A DNA stretch of 64,000 nt from Octopus sinensis (Eukaryota), in the NCBI RefSeq assembly GCF_006345805.1, contig NC_043001.1, forward strand, positions 56,544,001-56,608,000. Reading direction: 5' to 3'. Every line of letters starts with the position of its first letter. Position 1 is the stretch's first letter. Made by a program: the position numbers and the translations under genes. This document shows positions 14,236-27,014 of the stretch, piece after piece. The notes beneath the pieces were generated by a model, which saw only the letters and a list, made by a program, of their open reading frames with translations, was not told where the DNA came from and searched no databases.

Positions 14236-14374
14236 GTCATCATCATCATCATCATCGTCATCATCATCTCCACTGGCAGTAGACGTAGCAGTAAATTCAC
14301 TTGAACTTCGTACTGACTAACATTTGCCGGACTGAAAAATCTGATGTAAAACTATTACTGATTCATACGCAGGT

Positions 14375-14473
<99 letters not shown>

Positions 14474-15019
14474 CCCCCCCTCTCTCTCTCGCTCTCTTAA
14501 TCCTTTTCTATTCCTTCATCTTTATCCGTTTTTCGTGTACATTACATCAATACATGTATACATTTGTACATACTTCCATACATACATTCATACATATATA
14601 CAAACACACATACACACACCACGTACACATACATACATGCATACACAAAAGATCACACACAAACACAGAGGCAAACACACGTACACATACATACAAATAC
14701 ACAGACAACCACACACTCATAAACAAACACATGTACACATACATACACATACACAGACAACCACACTCACAGACAAACACACGTACACATACACACACAT
14801 ACATATGCACACACATACACAGATACACACACATATATATATGAGAAAAATGTTTATTATGTTCATTTTTCAAATATTTAATAATGTATCAAAGGTTTTA
14901 CCACACGCACACACACAGGCACACACACATAAACGCTAACATACACACGCGGACACACACACATATATACACACGTACGCACACATTCGTATATATATAT
15001 ATATATATGTGCACATCCC

Positions 15020-15700
15020 TCTTTGTAGTGCTTTGGTACAGGTCGCCAGTTGACTTTGTTAAATCGCATGTGAACCGCTTCAAAATGGACTTCCAAGAGG
15101 ACGGCAAGGTCAACAAGGTTGATCCGTTTCACGCAGAAATAGGCTGAGAAGGAACTTTCCTCGAAATGTTGGGCCAGGATGGTAAACGGATACCTGATCA
15201 CCCTTATATCAATACGTTAGCACCTAGCCATCCTGGCTTGCCCCGGTTTTCATCAGACAGGATAGAAGCAACTCTTCATGCTTCTTTCAGGGGAATGTAT
15301 TCCACAATCAAGTAGTCCAACTGCTACCAATACCTTCTGCAAGTTCAGGTAGAACCTTCTTCAGTGACTGCTGAACGTTGAGTTAACGCGGATACATTTG
15401 TCATTTAAAACTTCTTCCATCTTATGACCAAGACTAGGGATCTAATGGTTGGCATGTTTCCAGGCGCTCGCAAATAACTACCATTCGGATAATATGGCCT
15501 GTCGAACATTCACGCTTGTGTTCTATAAAGACTTGGACTTGTCATGTACAAGAGCGTCGGCGTTCTTCATGAAACTCTGGGTTTCGACGAGAATCTTGCT
15601 GGTTAGTGTGCCCCAGTAGATGGTTGAAGCCGGAGAATATGGATAACTTCCATAAATGTCTAGCCTGGTAGGGGAACAGTGAGACTATCTGCTTGAGATA
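15020..15700 (-). mobile_element. Highly degenerate RTE-like LINE fragment (post-RT region)
   Basis: Ordered remnants YWGTLTS (cf. YLGSTLS), LFASAW (LLYACETW), KCIR (RCLR), GWLG (RWAG), NWR (DR..WR), with many stops. Confidence 0.4.
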
Positions 15701-15899
15701 AACGTAAAAGGCACAAAAGTACCTTTAGTTCTATACGTGTAGGAATAATAGACTGATCAAAAGTGGGAGTCATCGTTAACAACAATATGTCTCAGTAACT
15801 ACTGTTTCCGACCACCACCGATAGTAACATGTTCATGTTTTCACTTACCAATTCTGCTAATATCGTTTCTTAGATTTTTGTACTTTGCAAGTTTGTCGT

Positions 15900-16440
15900 G
15901 GTTTTCACAGAGACAATGCTTACAGGCATAACTTCTGACGTTTTACATTCTGAGTTCAAACCCTGAGTTCAAGTGTTGTACTATGCTCGTCAAAAAAAGT
16001 CAAGTGCTGTACTCGTTGTAATTGACTTGTCCCCTGGCTTCCATTAAAATTGGGGGAAAATTATAAAGATTTATCCTTTTCATGAAGATGGGATATGGCG
16101 GAGACCTGGACAACATGCTTAGCGACATTTCTTTCGGCTCTTTACGTTCCGTGTTCAAATCATGCTGTGCTCGACTTTACCTTTCTTCCTTTCTAACTCG
16201 ATAAAATAAAAACCAGTCGAACACTTGGGCCGATGTAGTCGGCGTATTTCCTTCTCTAAAATTGCTCATTATAAGACGAAAGAATCATTAGCGCGTCGAA
16301 CAAATATTTAGCGGCATTTCTTCTGATGTTTTACGTTGTGTGTACAAATGCCACCCATGTTAACTTTCTTCATTTAGGAGCTGATAAAACTAAGCACCTG
16401 TCAAGTACAGGGGCAATGTACTTGGTTTGCCTACCACTAC
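15900..16440 (+). mobile_element. Cluster of 3 degenerate SINE copies
   Basis: acattctgagttcaaa, tacgttccgtgttcaaat and tacgttgtgtgtacaaat cores followed by family body sequence. Confidence 0.7.
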
Positions 16441-16449
16441 TAAAATTAG

Positions 16450-17650
16450 AAAGAATTATATTTTTCCATTAGTGGGATGGGGTTGGGTTTGCTCTTATTT
16501 TTGGTGCATGTCAGTTTTGTATAGATTATTAGTTTGGACAGGGGTTTTAACTGCACTTTTTTTTTTATCGCGTTTGCCTATATTAGTATTGTCTATATTA
16601 GTATCCCCATCTATTATGCAACTATTTTTACTGTAGTCATTCCAAGCGTTGTTGCATTATTCATGTTATCGGTAACTGATAGGTTCTGGATCCTGTTCAT
16701 ATTCATATTTTCTTTTATTTCCTTCCTGGGGATATATACTAACCTATCCTAATATCCTGTCTCTTTCAGAGCATTATCATAATAGTTTTCATTTCTCCTA
16801 AAGATATCCTCATTCGCAGATAGTTAAGACATGCGGATCGAAATAGTTTTGACTATAGATCCGGTGATATTTTGGGCGTGATTAGAGCTAAAGCTAATAT
16901 ATTTGAGGTTATCATTGGACTTGTGGTATGGTTGATATTCGCTAGTATTCAAATTCAAGGTAGCGATGTTTATTTACTATGTTCTTCCTCAATGGAGACA
17001 GATAAGCATAGACCTTTGAAAAATTTGAATAGCTTTTTCCTATATGATTCCATATTGACATTGATAGATTTATATATTGTAAATAGAGCGTCATCCCTAT
17101 ATAATCCTTTAGCAGAAATTCATCATTTATACATGTTAGGGTACAAATACATACTATGTCCATTACCTGTGCAGAATAGCTGGACATCATGGTAATGTTG
17201 CACTGATCAGAACTGGCTTTTCTTACCCAATATTTTTCCTCGAATTCAATAATAGATTTTCTAGCCCTTAAATACGATGTCTACTTCTTATTTGAATAAA
17301 TAAGATTATTCTTATTGCAAATATTAGAGATTTGTTGAGAAGAACATTTTAAGAATTTGTTGTATTTTTTATCCCTAATATCAGTGAATCAATATATTAC
17401 TTCGTAAGAAAAGCTCCACAAGTTCCGTTTAATTGTATCTCTTAGTTTGGGTGAGTATTTATCCATGATATTCTTACTAATTCTGCCTAAGTCTGATTTG
17501 GAGGGGCATGTCTGTCTGCCGAATGGATTAATGGTGAAGTTTGGCTTATAGCCTTTCACGTTGATTCTAGGAGTTCTAGAGAGATAGGGTTCAGTCCTGT
17601 CCTCTAAATTGAACTTCTCCTTTATCAAGCAGGACGTTCGCAATACCCTT
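16450..17650 (-). mobile_element. Penelope-like element reverse transcriptase relic
   Basis: INVKGYKPNFTINPFGRQTCPSKSDLGRISKNIMDK (cf. PLE ITIKDHKPNF...CRLINP.KS.IGRISK.ILD), RKSII..E.YWVRK...ITMMSSYSAQV, and catalytic GLYRDDAL at about 17086-17106. Frameshifted. Confidence 0.8.
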
Positions 17651-19324
17651 AAAGCCAGTAACTTTTCAGCATCTCCTCGTATGTATACGCATGCTCACAC
17701 CCACCCACACACACACATGTATATATATATGTGTGTGTTTCTGTGTATGTGTGTGTGTGTGTCTATTGAGACACACTCTTAGACATGTTTTATGTAGCCA
17801 GTTCTCTCTGCGCAGTGCAGTGATCTTCTTTCTCTTTCGTTTCCAGGTTTGCCGCTCGGAAGGCTATTAGTAGTTTTCTAGTTTTCCTGTCAACACTCAT
17901 CAACTCAACTTTCAATTTATTACTCTGAATTTGTAGTTTCTAATTGGGATGGCTAGTGTATTTCTATGTATTATCTTATTTATAGCACTGCATTCTGTTT
18001 TTAATATTAGTCTGATTTCTTTTGTAGCAAACATTTCTAATTTTCTCCTTCATTTCCCAAGTGTTTGTATTGGTGACTCTATTCAAATTCTCAGATTTCA
18101 GTGTTTGGATCCAATTTAACGTTCTTAGTTTTAGTTCATTTGCCTCCTTATATATTAGCATTGACACATTTGTCTAGTTCTATACTGATTTCTATATCTT
18201 GGTTGAGTTCGTGCGCAATTTTAGAAGGTTCGTCAGCTGGGTATTGTGCCATGTAAATAGTTTTAAATAAACGATCTACAGGAAATAGTTTATAATTCGA
18301 AAATAGCATTTATAACCATTCGAAGTTTTCTCCAGCAAATTTCTTTGAGTCAGAACCAGACATAAATGTAGCAACGACAAAAATTCTAATTGCTTTCTTT
18401 TGTGTGTATTTACGTATATTCTTTTCTTTACAATTTATTGAGATTGCTATATGAAATATGTGTGTCGTACCTAATCGTAGTCCTATATTCAGTTGATTTC
18501 GTATGTGTTTTTATGCTGTGATTTCGTTTTTTCTTGTTTGCATCGACTTTTCTTGTTTCCAAGGCCACAGTTTCTATAGATTCTAAAGCAACCATTTATT
18601 TGGAAGGTGACATATATTTACCTGATGATGTTTGATACTAATACCTGAAAGATTTATCTTATTCTCAATGATTTTATGTGTAGACATGTCGTGGTATATA
18701 CCTTTGTAATACATCTTCCCTTCTGTTAATCCATACGACTAGCAAAATTCTTTTGTGCGTGATATTCAATCAAATTCTTTAATTACCAGATTTGTGTAAT
18801 TTTGGTTTATCTGATTCTTTATATAATAATACAGGTTATTTATAAATTTCCATATCTTTAATGTATTCTTAATTAATTTTTCTAGGATTTTATTAGAATT
18901 TTATTCACAATTTCCCAATTTAATTTGCGTAACATATATAACAAGATTCCCATCCAATTACACTACATGGGTAACTTCCATTCACATGTGTTTTCTTGTC
19001 AAAAGCCTCAAAGCACTCAGAAGAGAAATGGAGATAGAGAACTACTTCGGTACTTTGGTAAAATCCAATTTTGGTAAAGACGGGCTTCGTTACTTGCAAC
19101 TCTCGTTTCTACAGTCTTTTATCTACTGTTGTCTTAAACAAGCTTCGTTCTGCTGCTGCTGCATTTCTTATCGTTAATGTTTGTATGATCCATCAGTAAG
19201 GATATTCTTGTACTATCAATCCATTTTTTTCTATGTCGGAGACTATTTACCCGTTAGTGATCTTTATATTTATATGAAACATAAGAGAATTCATGTTCTT
19301 CAGGGAGTAATTTTTCCGATTAGG

Positions 19325-19900
19325 ACTCTATTTTACTGGTTCCAGTAAGTGGACAGCGCCCATGGCTGGGTACCGCCATGACGGGTTAAAACGAACAAAA
19401 GGACTCCAGTACTTATTATACTGACCTTCTTTTACCGAATCGCCAGGGTACCGCGGTATATAAATAACATCATCGGATGTCAATGGTAAGTTAAACCCAA
19501 CGACGTACCTGCACACCCACATACGCACTTACTGACGCGCATACACTCACATGCACACACACATACACGCACACACACACAGACACACACACAAGCAAAC
19601 ACAAACATACACAGGTACACACACACGCACGCACACACAGACACACATACACACACACAAAAACAAACACGTACACATACATACACATATTTACACAACC
19701 GGAACCTGAAATCGTATGGTTAAGAAGCTAGTTTCTCAATCAGAAGGCCATATTTGCACCTGTCCGCGTTGTTTTCTCTTATTCTTCCATTTATTTCAAC
19801 CATTTGACTACGGCCATGCTGGAGCACAGACTTAAAGGGTTTTAGTCGAAGAAATCTACCCGAGGACTTATTCTTACAAGATCTTATTCTTACAAGAACT
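19325..19900 (-). mobile_element. CORE-type SINE fragments with an expanded internal (CA)n
   Basis: 3' half at 19330-19510 and head at 19700-19740, homologous to 58871-59255; a second 3' fragment at 19780-19900. Confidence 0.65.
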
Positions 19901-19989
19901 TATTCTTACCAGATCTTACAAACACACAGACACATCTATTCACACCACATATGTATATACACACACACAAAGACATACACACACACAAA

Positions 19990-20796
19990 GACACACACAC
20001 TCACCCCATCCTGACCCCTAAATCATTGATGCTTGAAGGAGAGACAAAAAGGATAAATTCTTTTCAGTTCCACATTACTCCTCCTTTCCCCCACCCAAAC
20101 ACACCTACTGTGTCCCTTGAAATAGATAATATTCTTTTACGTTAACATGGTGGACAGGACAGGTCAGTTTTAGCTTCCCTACTATTATAATGTAAACCTT
20201 TTTGAACTCATAATATTCTGTGCGTGTATACCAATATTCTACTGACTTTCTAATAATTCCTTCTGGAAATTATCTTGAGAATGTATAATATATTTGTTGT
20301 AATCTTTTGTGCCCAATATTTCAATGAACTTGTTAAACTTTTTTATGTTCTCAACATACTCCTGTCACCAAAGAATGTATATATATATGGATTGTAGTAC
20401 TCTGTGTCAACCAATATTCTGTGCGTGTTTGAATATACAGATACAATACCAATACCAATATCCCACTGAACTGTTTAATAATTCCTTCTGGAAACTATCT
20501 TAAGCATGTCCTTGAGAATAATTATTTATGTAGTAATCTTTTGTGTCCAATATTTTAAGGAACTTGTTAAACTTTTTTATGTCCTTAACATGTCCCTGTT
20601 ACCAAAGACTGTATATATGTAATGTAGCAATTTGTAACAACCAATAATTAACGCAATCAAACTTCTACATGTTACGTTTGACAATATTTTTCCAAAGAGT
20701 GAAACCGGTAAAGTAAATAAACATCTTTTAAAATTGCATTTTCAAACCTTCTTTCGTATATAATTCCACTCATGCGGTACCCTACAACTCCACTTT
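19990..20796. mobile_element. MITE-like repeat, copy 1 (right TIR retained)
   Basis: Homologous to 24131-24780 (caaccaataattaacgcaa; ccaaagagtgaaaccggt; aaattgcattttcaaacctt). End cggtaccctacaactccacttt (20775-20796) is the inverse of the start of copy 2. Confidence 0.6.
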
Positions 20797-20797
20797 G

Positions 20798-20799
<2 letters not shown>

Positions 20800-20839
<40 letters not shown>

Positions 20840-21685
20840 TACATATGTGGTAAATTCTGTCTGTGGGTGTGTTTGTAGAGTTGTTAGCTAACTCCTCCTA
20901 CATCGTTTTATCGATTTTGATGAAACTTGACACGTGAGTAGAACTCATGTCTGGAAACCTCATAGCAGATTGTTGAAAAGATCGATAACAGGGCCTCTGG
21001 AAGGGATACTTATTTATATCTAATATATTTTATTTAATAATCCAAGGGAAATAACCCATTCATTTTCCAAATTTTTGGGGTATAAATCAAATTGAGCATG
21101 CTTATTTCTTAGTTTTTGAACCATTAGAGTTATTTTCGCAATTTATTCAGTACATCCTTCAAACAAGTAAATAGTATTTTCCTAAACAATAGATTCACTT
21201 ATTTCGGTTAGTGACTTATTCACGAATATACCTACACAAGTGTAATATTCTCTGCAAACGCACAAAAGTTCATTTCAGAGTTATTTACTTTAAATTGTTG
21301 TTATCTCATATATGATTAGCCTGTTATTACGTAACATGCTTCACAATTTTAGTATTCTTACGTTATTTGTATTTCTTCCTAAGTTCTATATTTTCTGGGA
21401 AAGCATTAAAGCCCTTTTCAAGGCTACTTTATCTGAATTCTTACTATCGGGTAACTAATTTCATGTTATTACATATCTGACTTCACAATTTGGGTATTCA
21501 TAACTTATTGGGAATTCCTAAAAAAAAGATCCTATGTAAGACAGTTCGGTATTCTCTGTAAATGCACGAAGACCATTTTAAGGGTACATACTTTGTATTG
21601 TTGTTATTGGATTAGCAAAACAATTATGAGAACGGAACCAAGGGATAAGCCCCGCTTTCCCGGGAATAACCGGGTACGTCTGCTA

Positions 21686-21686
<1 letters not shown>
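20800..21686 (+). mobile_element. Non-autonomous Helitron-like element
   Basis: 5' tctgtctgt...atcgattttgatgaaacttgacac motif typical of such elements. 3' hairpin CCCGG-gaataa-CCGGG (21659-21674) followed 8 nt later by CTAG|T (21683-21687). Confidence 0.7.
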
Positions 21687-21722
<36 letters not shown>

Positions 21723-21991
21723 GCAAATTCCATTTGACTGCTATATTTAGCATGCCGGTACTACTTGTTAGTACCCTTACTTATTAATTGACAATTTTTT
21801 ACCGTTGAGTTTTTTTATTATTATAAACACGATATCCTCATGCATACATGCATACATACATACATACATACACACATACATACATACATACATACGTACA
21901 TACATACGTACATACATACATACATACATACACACATAAATACACACACACACATTTATATATATACATATATATATGTATATATATATGC

Positions 21992-22090
<99 letters not shown>

Positions 22091-22494
22091 TATAATCAAG
22101 GATATTTTATCTGGTAGCTAGCATGTAAAACCTATTAAGTATAAATTATTACAGAGTATATATTTTTTTATAAAATGAAAGATCTTAGATTTAAATTGTG
22201 TATATAAATATGAACATTTGTGGATGCACTAGGGATACGTTTGTGTTCGTGTGGTATATATAAATGTTTATAATTATGTACGCTGAAGTATATCATACTG
22301 ATGACAGTAAAAGAGTTATATCCCCGAACTAGAAATCAATTGATCTATGGCTATAAATAAAAAAAAAAAATTTGTTGATTTCTCTTTCTTTCAGCCCGTG
22401 TCTATGTAATAAATAAGGTAGTTTGGGAGTCATTTGACATCATCTTCTAGCATGTGGGGCTACCATGTAGTTTACTCATATTATAATTTATATA

Positions 22495-22830
22495 TATGGA
22501 AACCCCCTTCGGTCATGAATGACCATGGGATTGCACCTAGAAAGTTATCCTCCGAGGCACAAGTCCGGGCAATGTTGTTTGTGGAAGGCCAGCAGTCGCC
22601 CATGCATACAAGCGTCCCTTCTCCACCCCACTGATGTGATCCAAGGGAAAGGCAAAGGCCGATGCAACTTGGCACCAGTGATGTCGCAACCCATTTTTAC
22701 AGCTGAGTTAACTGGAGCAGCGTGAAATAAAGTGTATTGCTCAAGAACACAACACGCAGCCCGGTCCAGGAATCGAATTGACAACCTCACGGTCGTAAGC
22801 TCGACGCTCTAGCCACTGAGCCATGTGCTT
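22495..22830 (-). mobile_element. tRNA-derived SINE (second family, gtgttcttgagcaa central domain)
   Basis: A box TGGCTCAGTGG, B-box-like aattcgattcc, central ttgtgttcttgagcaatacactttatttcacgctgctccag shared with the 31076 copy. Confidence 0.85.
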
Positions 22831-22879
22831 TCACAAATTATATATATATATATATATGTGTGTGCGTGTGTGTGTGTGT

Positions 22880-23015
22880 GTGTACCAAACCCACTCACGA
22901 GGTTTTAGTCGGCCTGAGCCTATAGTAGACGACACTTGCCCAAGGTGCTACGCAGTGGCACTGAACCCGGAGTCATGTGGTTGGGAAGCAAGCCTCTTAC
23001 GACACAGCCACGGCT
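22880..23015 (-). mobile_element. CORE-type SINE head
   Basis: Reverse complement of ggcgcagccgtggctgtgtcgtaagaggcttgc...gcaccttgggcaagtgtc. Confidence 0.8.
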
Positions 23016-23462
23016 GCGCCCATAAACATTTGTAACTACTCTTGATTTGGCATGTATTTCAGCCAGAAATGTCACACCGCCTTAGTATGGCTGCTTTTCA
23101 CTTGTTTGGCTATCTATTGTCTGATTTTCTTCTAGGACTGTTATGGGCTTCCGATAATTAATCTGAGATTGTTACGAGCTTCTAATAATTGTTCTGAATT
23201 TGCTTTTGTTGATGTTTTGCATCCGGTGACTGTTCATACTCTTCTCGAAAACTTATACTTCTTCTCATGTTTAAGCTGCACTTGTTTCCGCTATATTTTC
23301 ACTTATGGTCAGTGAAAGTGATTTAGATTTACGATAAAAAGAACAATTCTGGGCTACTTCCACAGCCCAGAAGTTTTTGCGATTTTGCTAAGAAATCTGA
23401 TCTTCTTTGTGCCACTCTGTCTCCTTCACTTCCTTTGTTTCTCTTAATTTCCCTTCTTTCTT

Positions 23463-23497
<35 letters not shown>

Positions 23498-24096
23498 TTC
23501 TGTCTATCTCTGTTACCCTCCTCCCACTATCACGTGATTCGTGATGACCTAAGATGGTGCCATTCTTTTTCGCGTTGTCTTCGACCGCACTGGACACGAT
23601 TTTTTCTGAGCTCCTTGCTCTACCCCTCCCGTGTCCATAGTCTTTTAGGACAGTTTTCATTTCTCCTTCGCGTTACCCACTTTTGTCTTGTCCTGTAGCC
23701 CCAAGACTTTTTGTTGTATATGTATTATCATTATTAATTGTTGTATTCTTGTGGCCCTAAGCCTTTATTCTGTTTATTGTTTTGTCATTCGTCCATCCAC
23801 TAACGGTCTCGTCTCTAGTCCGTCTCGTCTCGTGCCCGTCTCGTCTCGAACCTGTATCGTCTCGAGTCCGTCTTGTTTTGTTATGACTTGGTCCCATTCC
23901 CACCAGGTTTCTTGTCGGTGCCTCCAGAGTGGAAGTAATATAATCAATAATGGTTGAAATTGCGTTTGACCTTCTGGCCGATAACTGATGAATTGGTAAC
24001 CGTCAGTGTTTTCTTTTCGCCTGTGTATTTGGTATATGTTGGTTTGTGTATTTCGTACGCGTTTTCGTAAAATATATATATAATATAATATATAAT

Positions 24097-24130
<34 letters not shown>

Positions 24131-24779
24131 AAAGTTGAGTTGTGGGGTATCGGACACATCTATTCCACACCCGCATACTAACCTCCTGATAACCCCAAAA
24201 TCATTCATGCATAAAGGGGAAGTATACACCACATTGGCTACTTCCTCTGTTCTCTCAGTTCAGCCTTTCTGCTAATACCGACAGGTCAGTAAAATATATC
24301 TCGCCTTGTACTTAAAATATTCTGAGATGTATAAAAAATCCATTTTAATTTTTGCTGTCAAAAGCTGTATATATATACCGAAGATTGTATATATATACAT
24401 GTAATGTGACAATTTGCGACAACCAATAATTAACGCAACCAATTCCCAATAATATATATTTGTTTTAATCCTTTTCTGCCAATTTTCCCAAATTCTCTCA
24501 TATCACACTATTGAACTTCTCTGTTACCAAACACTATATTTATACATGTAATGTGACAATTATGTATAAAAAAACATTTTTGAATTCATAATATCCAATG
24601 TGACAATTATGTAAAAAACTTTTTTGAATGCATAATATTCAATTTGACAATTATGTAAAAAACTTTTTGAACCCATATTATTCAATGTTTCCTAAATGTA
24701 ACTTTTGACAATCTTTTACCAAAGAGTGAAACCGGTTAAGTAATAAACATCGTTTAAATTGCATTTTCAAACCTTTTTT

Positions 24780-24780
<1 letters not shown>
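24131..24780. mobile_element. MITE-like repeat, copy 2 (left TIR retained; internal ~40-bp tandem units)
   Basis: Starts aaagttgagttgtggggtatcg after (TA)n. Homologous to 19990-20796. tgtgacaattatgtaaaaaactttttgaa repeated at 24550-24680. Confidence 0.6.
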
Positions 24781-24859
<79 letters not shown>

Positions 24860-24940
24860 GTATTTCATATTTTCCGTTTGTTTTCCTTTTATTTAATCCT
24901 GAATATATATATATATTTATATGTTTATATATATATGTAT

Positions 24941-24976
<36 letters not shown>

Positions 24977-25755
24977 ATGCATCTATATATATTTATATGT
25001 ATGTATGTATGTATATGTATATGTGTGTGTTGTGCATGCACATATGTATATGTGTGTGTGCGTGTGTATGTATGTAAATGTGTGTATGTGTGTACTTATA
25101 GGGAACAACTTTTCTTTTAAACAGGTTATATTGAAGACACGAGGTTTTATTTTGATAACTTTACTCGTATTTGCATATCTGCGTATGCGACATTTATAGA
25201 CCATTTGGAAGTTCTCAAATTGAACTTTGCCCGTGTTTACAGGCTATTCAAGTCACATCCTTAGGATGTAGAGTGGTTTTTGTTGCGGAACACCCCCGTC
25301 AATAGTGGTTGGCTTATATTTATTCAGGCTTTTGCACCAAAATTTGACCGTTGGAACTCCAACGCTCAAATTCTCACCTGAATTAGTTGATAAAGGTGGA
25401 TTTGGAGACTTTATTGTTCCAAACAATCTATAACGGATTGATACACATAAAAGAAGAATCTTTGAAATAGACATTTTAAATTAGAACATAATCATGTTTT
25501 CAATAGCACTCACGCGCTATAGTGAAAGAGAGGGAAAATACACACATAAACACACACACAGAGGCAAACTCACACATGCATTCGCGCGCGCACACACAAC
25601 ACACACATACACACACACATATATATATATATTTGTATATATGTATGTATTTATGTATGCATGTAGAAGGTTGAAAACGAACACACGAGTTGATATGTAT
25701 AAGGAAAATAAGACAAGGTAGAAAATGCTAAAATAATTTTATCATGAAGTACATT

Positions 25756-25792
25756 TTAGTACCGGTTTCAATCTTTGCGACTTTTTCAAATT
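25756..25792 (-). ncRNA. Minimal hammerhead-like motif, U3-A8 variant
   Basis: UUGAAAA-AGUC(GCAAA)GAUU-GAAA-CCGG-UA: palindromic stem III ACCGGU and a GUA triplet; stem I degenerate. Confidence 0.45.
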
Positions 25793-26660
25793 AGAGTAAA
25801 ACATGAAAAACAATTAAATTGTGAAAAAATTAAATGAAATGTTTTTTGAAAATATTTCCATAGTTTTCAAATATAAGGGACATTTTCCTTTTTCTCTCTG
25901 TCTATCTGTCTTCTTTACTTTTGTGAACGCTTGGTAGCAGGTAGTAGCAGACCTAAAAGAATATTTGATATGTGTTTTTCGTTTTGTGTAAGCAGCATTA
26001 GCCGAGGAGGAGGTGAAGAAGAAGAAGAAGGAGGAGGAGGAGGAGGAAAGAAGAGAAAGAATATGAAAAATACGGGAATGGTATGACAGTTGTAGGATGT
26101 TGGTGGAATCCTCTTATATGGTCAAGTGACCTGAAAGTGACTTGTGGTTGTAATAGTAGTGAGTGGAATTGTTCTTAATAAATTCATGAGTATTGGCTGA
26201 TCTGAAACTATCGTTTTTAATATGTGCGTGAGTATTTATTCTAAGGCGCTTGTAGTAGCAAAGAGTCATATTTTATAAACCCCTTTTGAATGAGTCCACC
26301 ACAAATGAAACTACTACAAGGCATTAGAATAATACCCAGGTAAATATTAAAAATGATAGATTCAGAACGGTCACTACCCATGAATTTATTCAGAACAATT
26401 CCATTCACTACTATTACAACCACAACAGGTCACTTTTAGGTCTCTTGACCATTTAAGACGATTCCACCAACATCCTACGACTGTCCTACCATTTCCGTAT
26501 TTTTCTTATACTTTCTCTTCTTTTCCTCCTCCCTCCTCCTCCTCCATCTTCTTCGCATCCTTTCTCGACTACTGCTGCTTAAACAATCAAAACGAAGATC
26601 TCATATAAAGTATTTTTTGGACTGCTACTACCTGCTAAATCCTACCGAGCGTTCACAAGT

Positions 26661-26741
<81 letters not shown>

Positions 26742-26843
26742 TGGGGTAAAGGAAAATGTCCTTTGTATTTGTAAACTATGGAAATATTTTATAAAAAAAC
26801 ATTTCATTTATTTTTCCACAATTTGTTTTTCATGCTTTACTCG

Positions 26844-26880
26844 AAGCTGAAAAAGACGCAAAGACTGAAACCGGTACTAA
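26844..26880 (+). ncRNA. Degenerate minimal hammerhead-like motif (mirror copy)
   Basis: AG-CUGAAAA-AGAC(GCAAA)GACU-GAAA-CCGG-UA-CU. C3/A8 mismatch and one stem II mismatch. Confidence 0.35.
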
Positions 26881-26948
26881 AATGTTCTTAAAATGTTCTT
26901 CATGATAAAATATTTAAATATTTTCTACCTTGTCTTATTTTCCTCGTG

Positions 26949-26980
<32 letters not shown>

Positions 26981-27014
26981 TATATATATATATATCTATA
27001 TATATGTATGTATG

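Larger units (their letters stand above)
25683..26949. mobile_element. 1.27-kb foldback (long inverted repeat) with hammerhead-like ends; probably inverted Penelope-type pLTR segments
   Basis: Arms 25683-26258 and 26311-26949 are reverse-complementary along their whole length (e.g. aggaaaataagacaaggtagaaaat / attttctaccttgtcttattttcct; tattctaaggcgcttgtagtag / ctactacaaggcattagaata). 52-nt spacer; flanked by TA/CA microsatellites. Confidence 0.9.

Noticed and set aside
23040-23340. Possible RTE fragment on the minus strand
   Set aside because: Only vague motif resemblance with many stops; not supportable.
23935-24075. Fourth hammerhead candidate (ctgatga...gtc) in a pLTR-like unit ending in (TA)n
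   Set aside because: No GAAA and no stem I pairing; at most a deleted remnant.
24540-24690. CRISPR-like regularly spaced repeats
   Set aside because: Contiguous tandem units without unique spacers, inside a eukaryotic repeat, with no cas genes.
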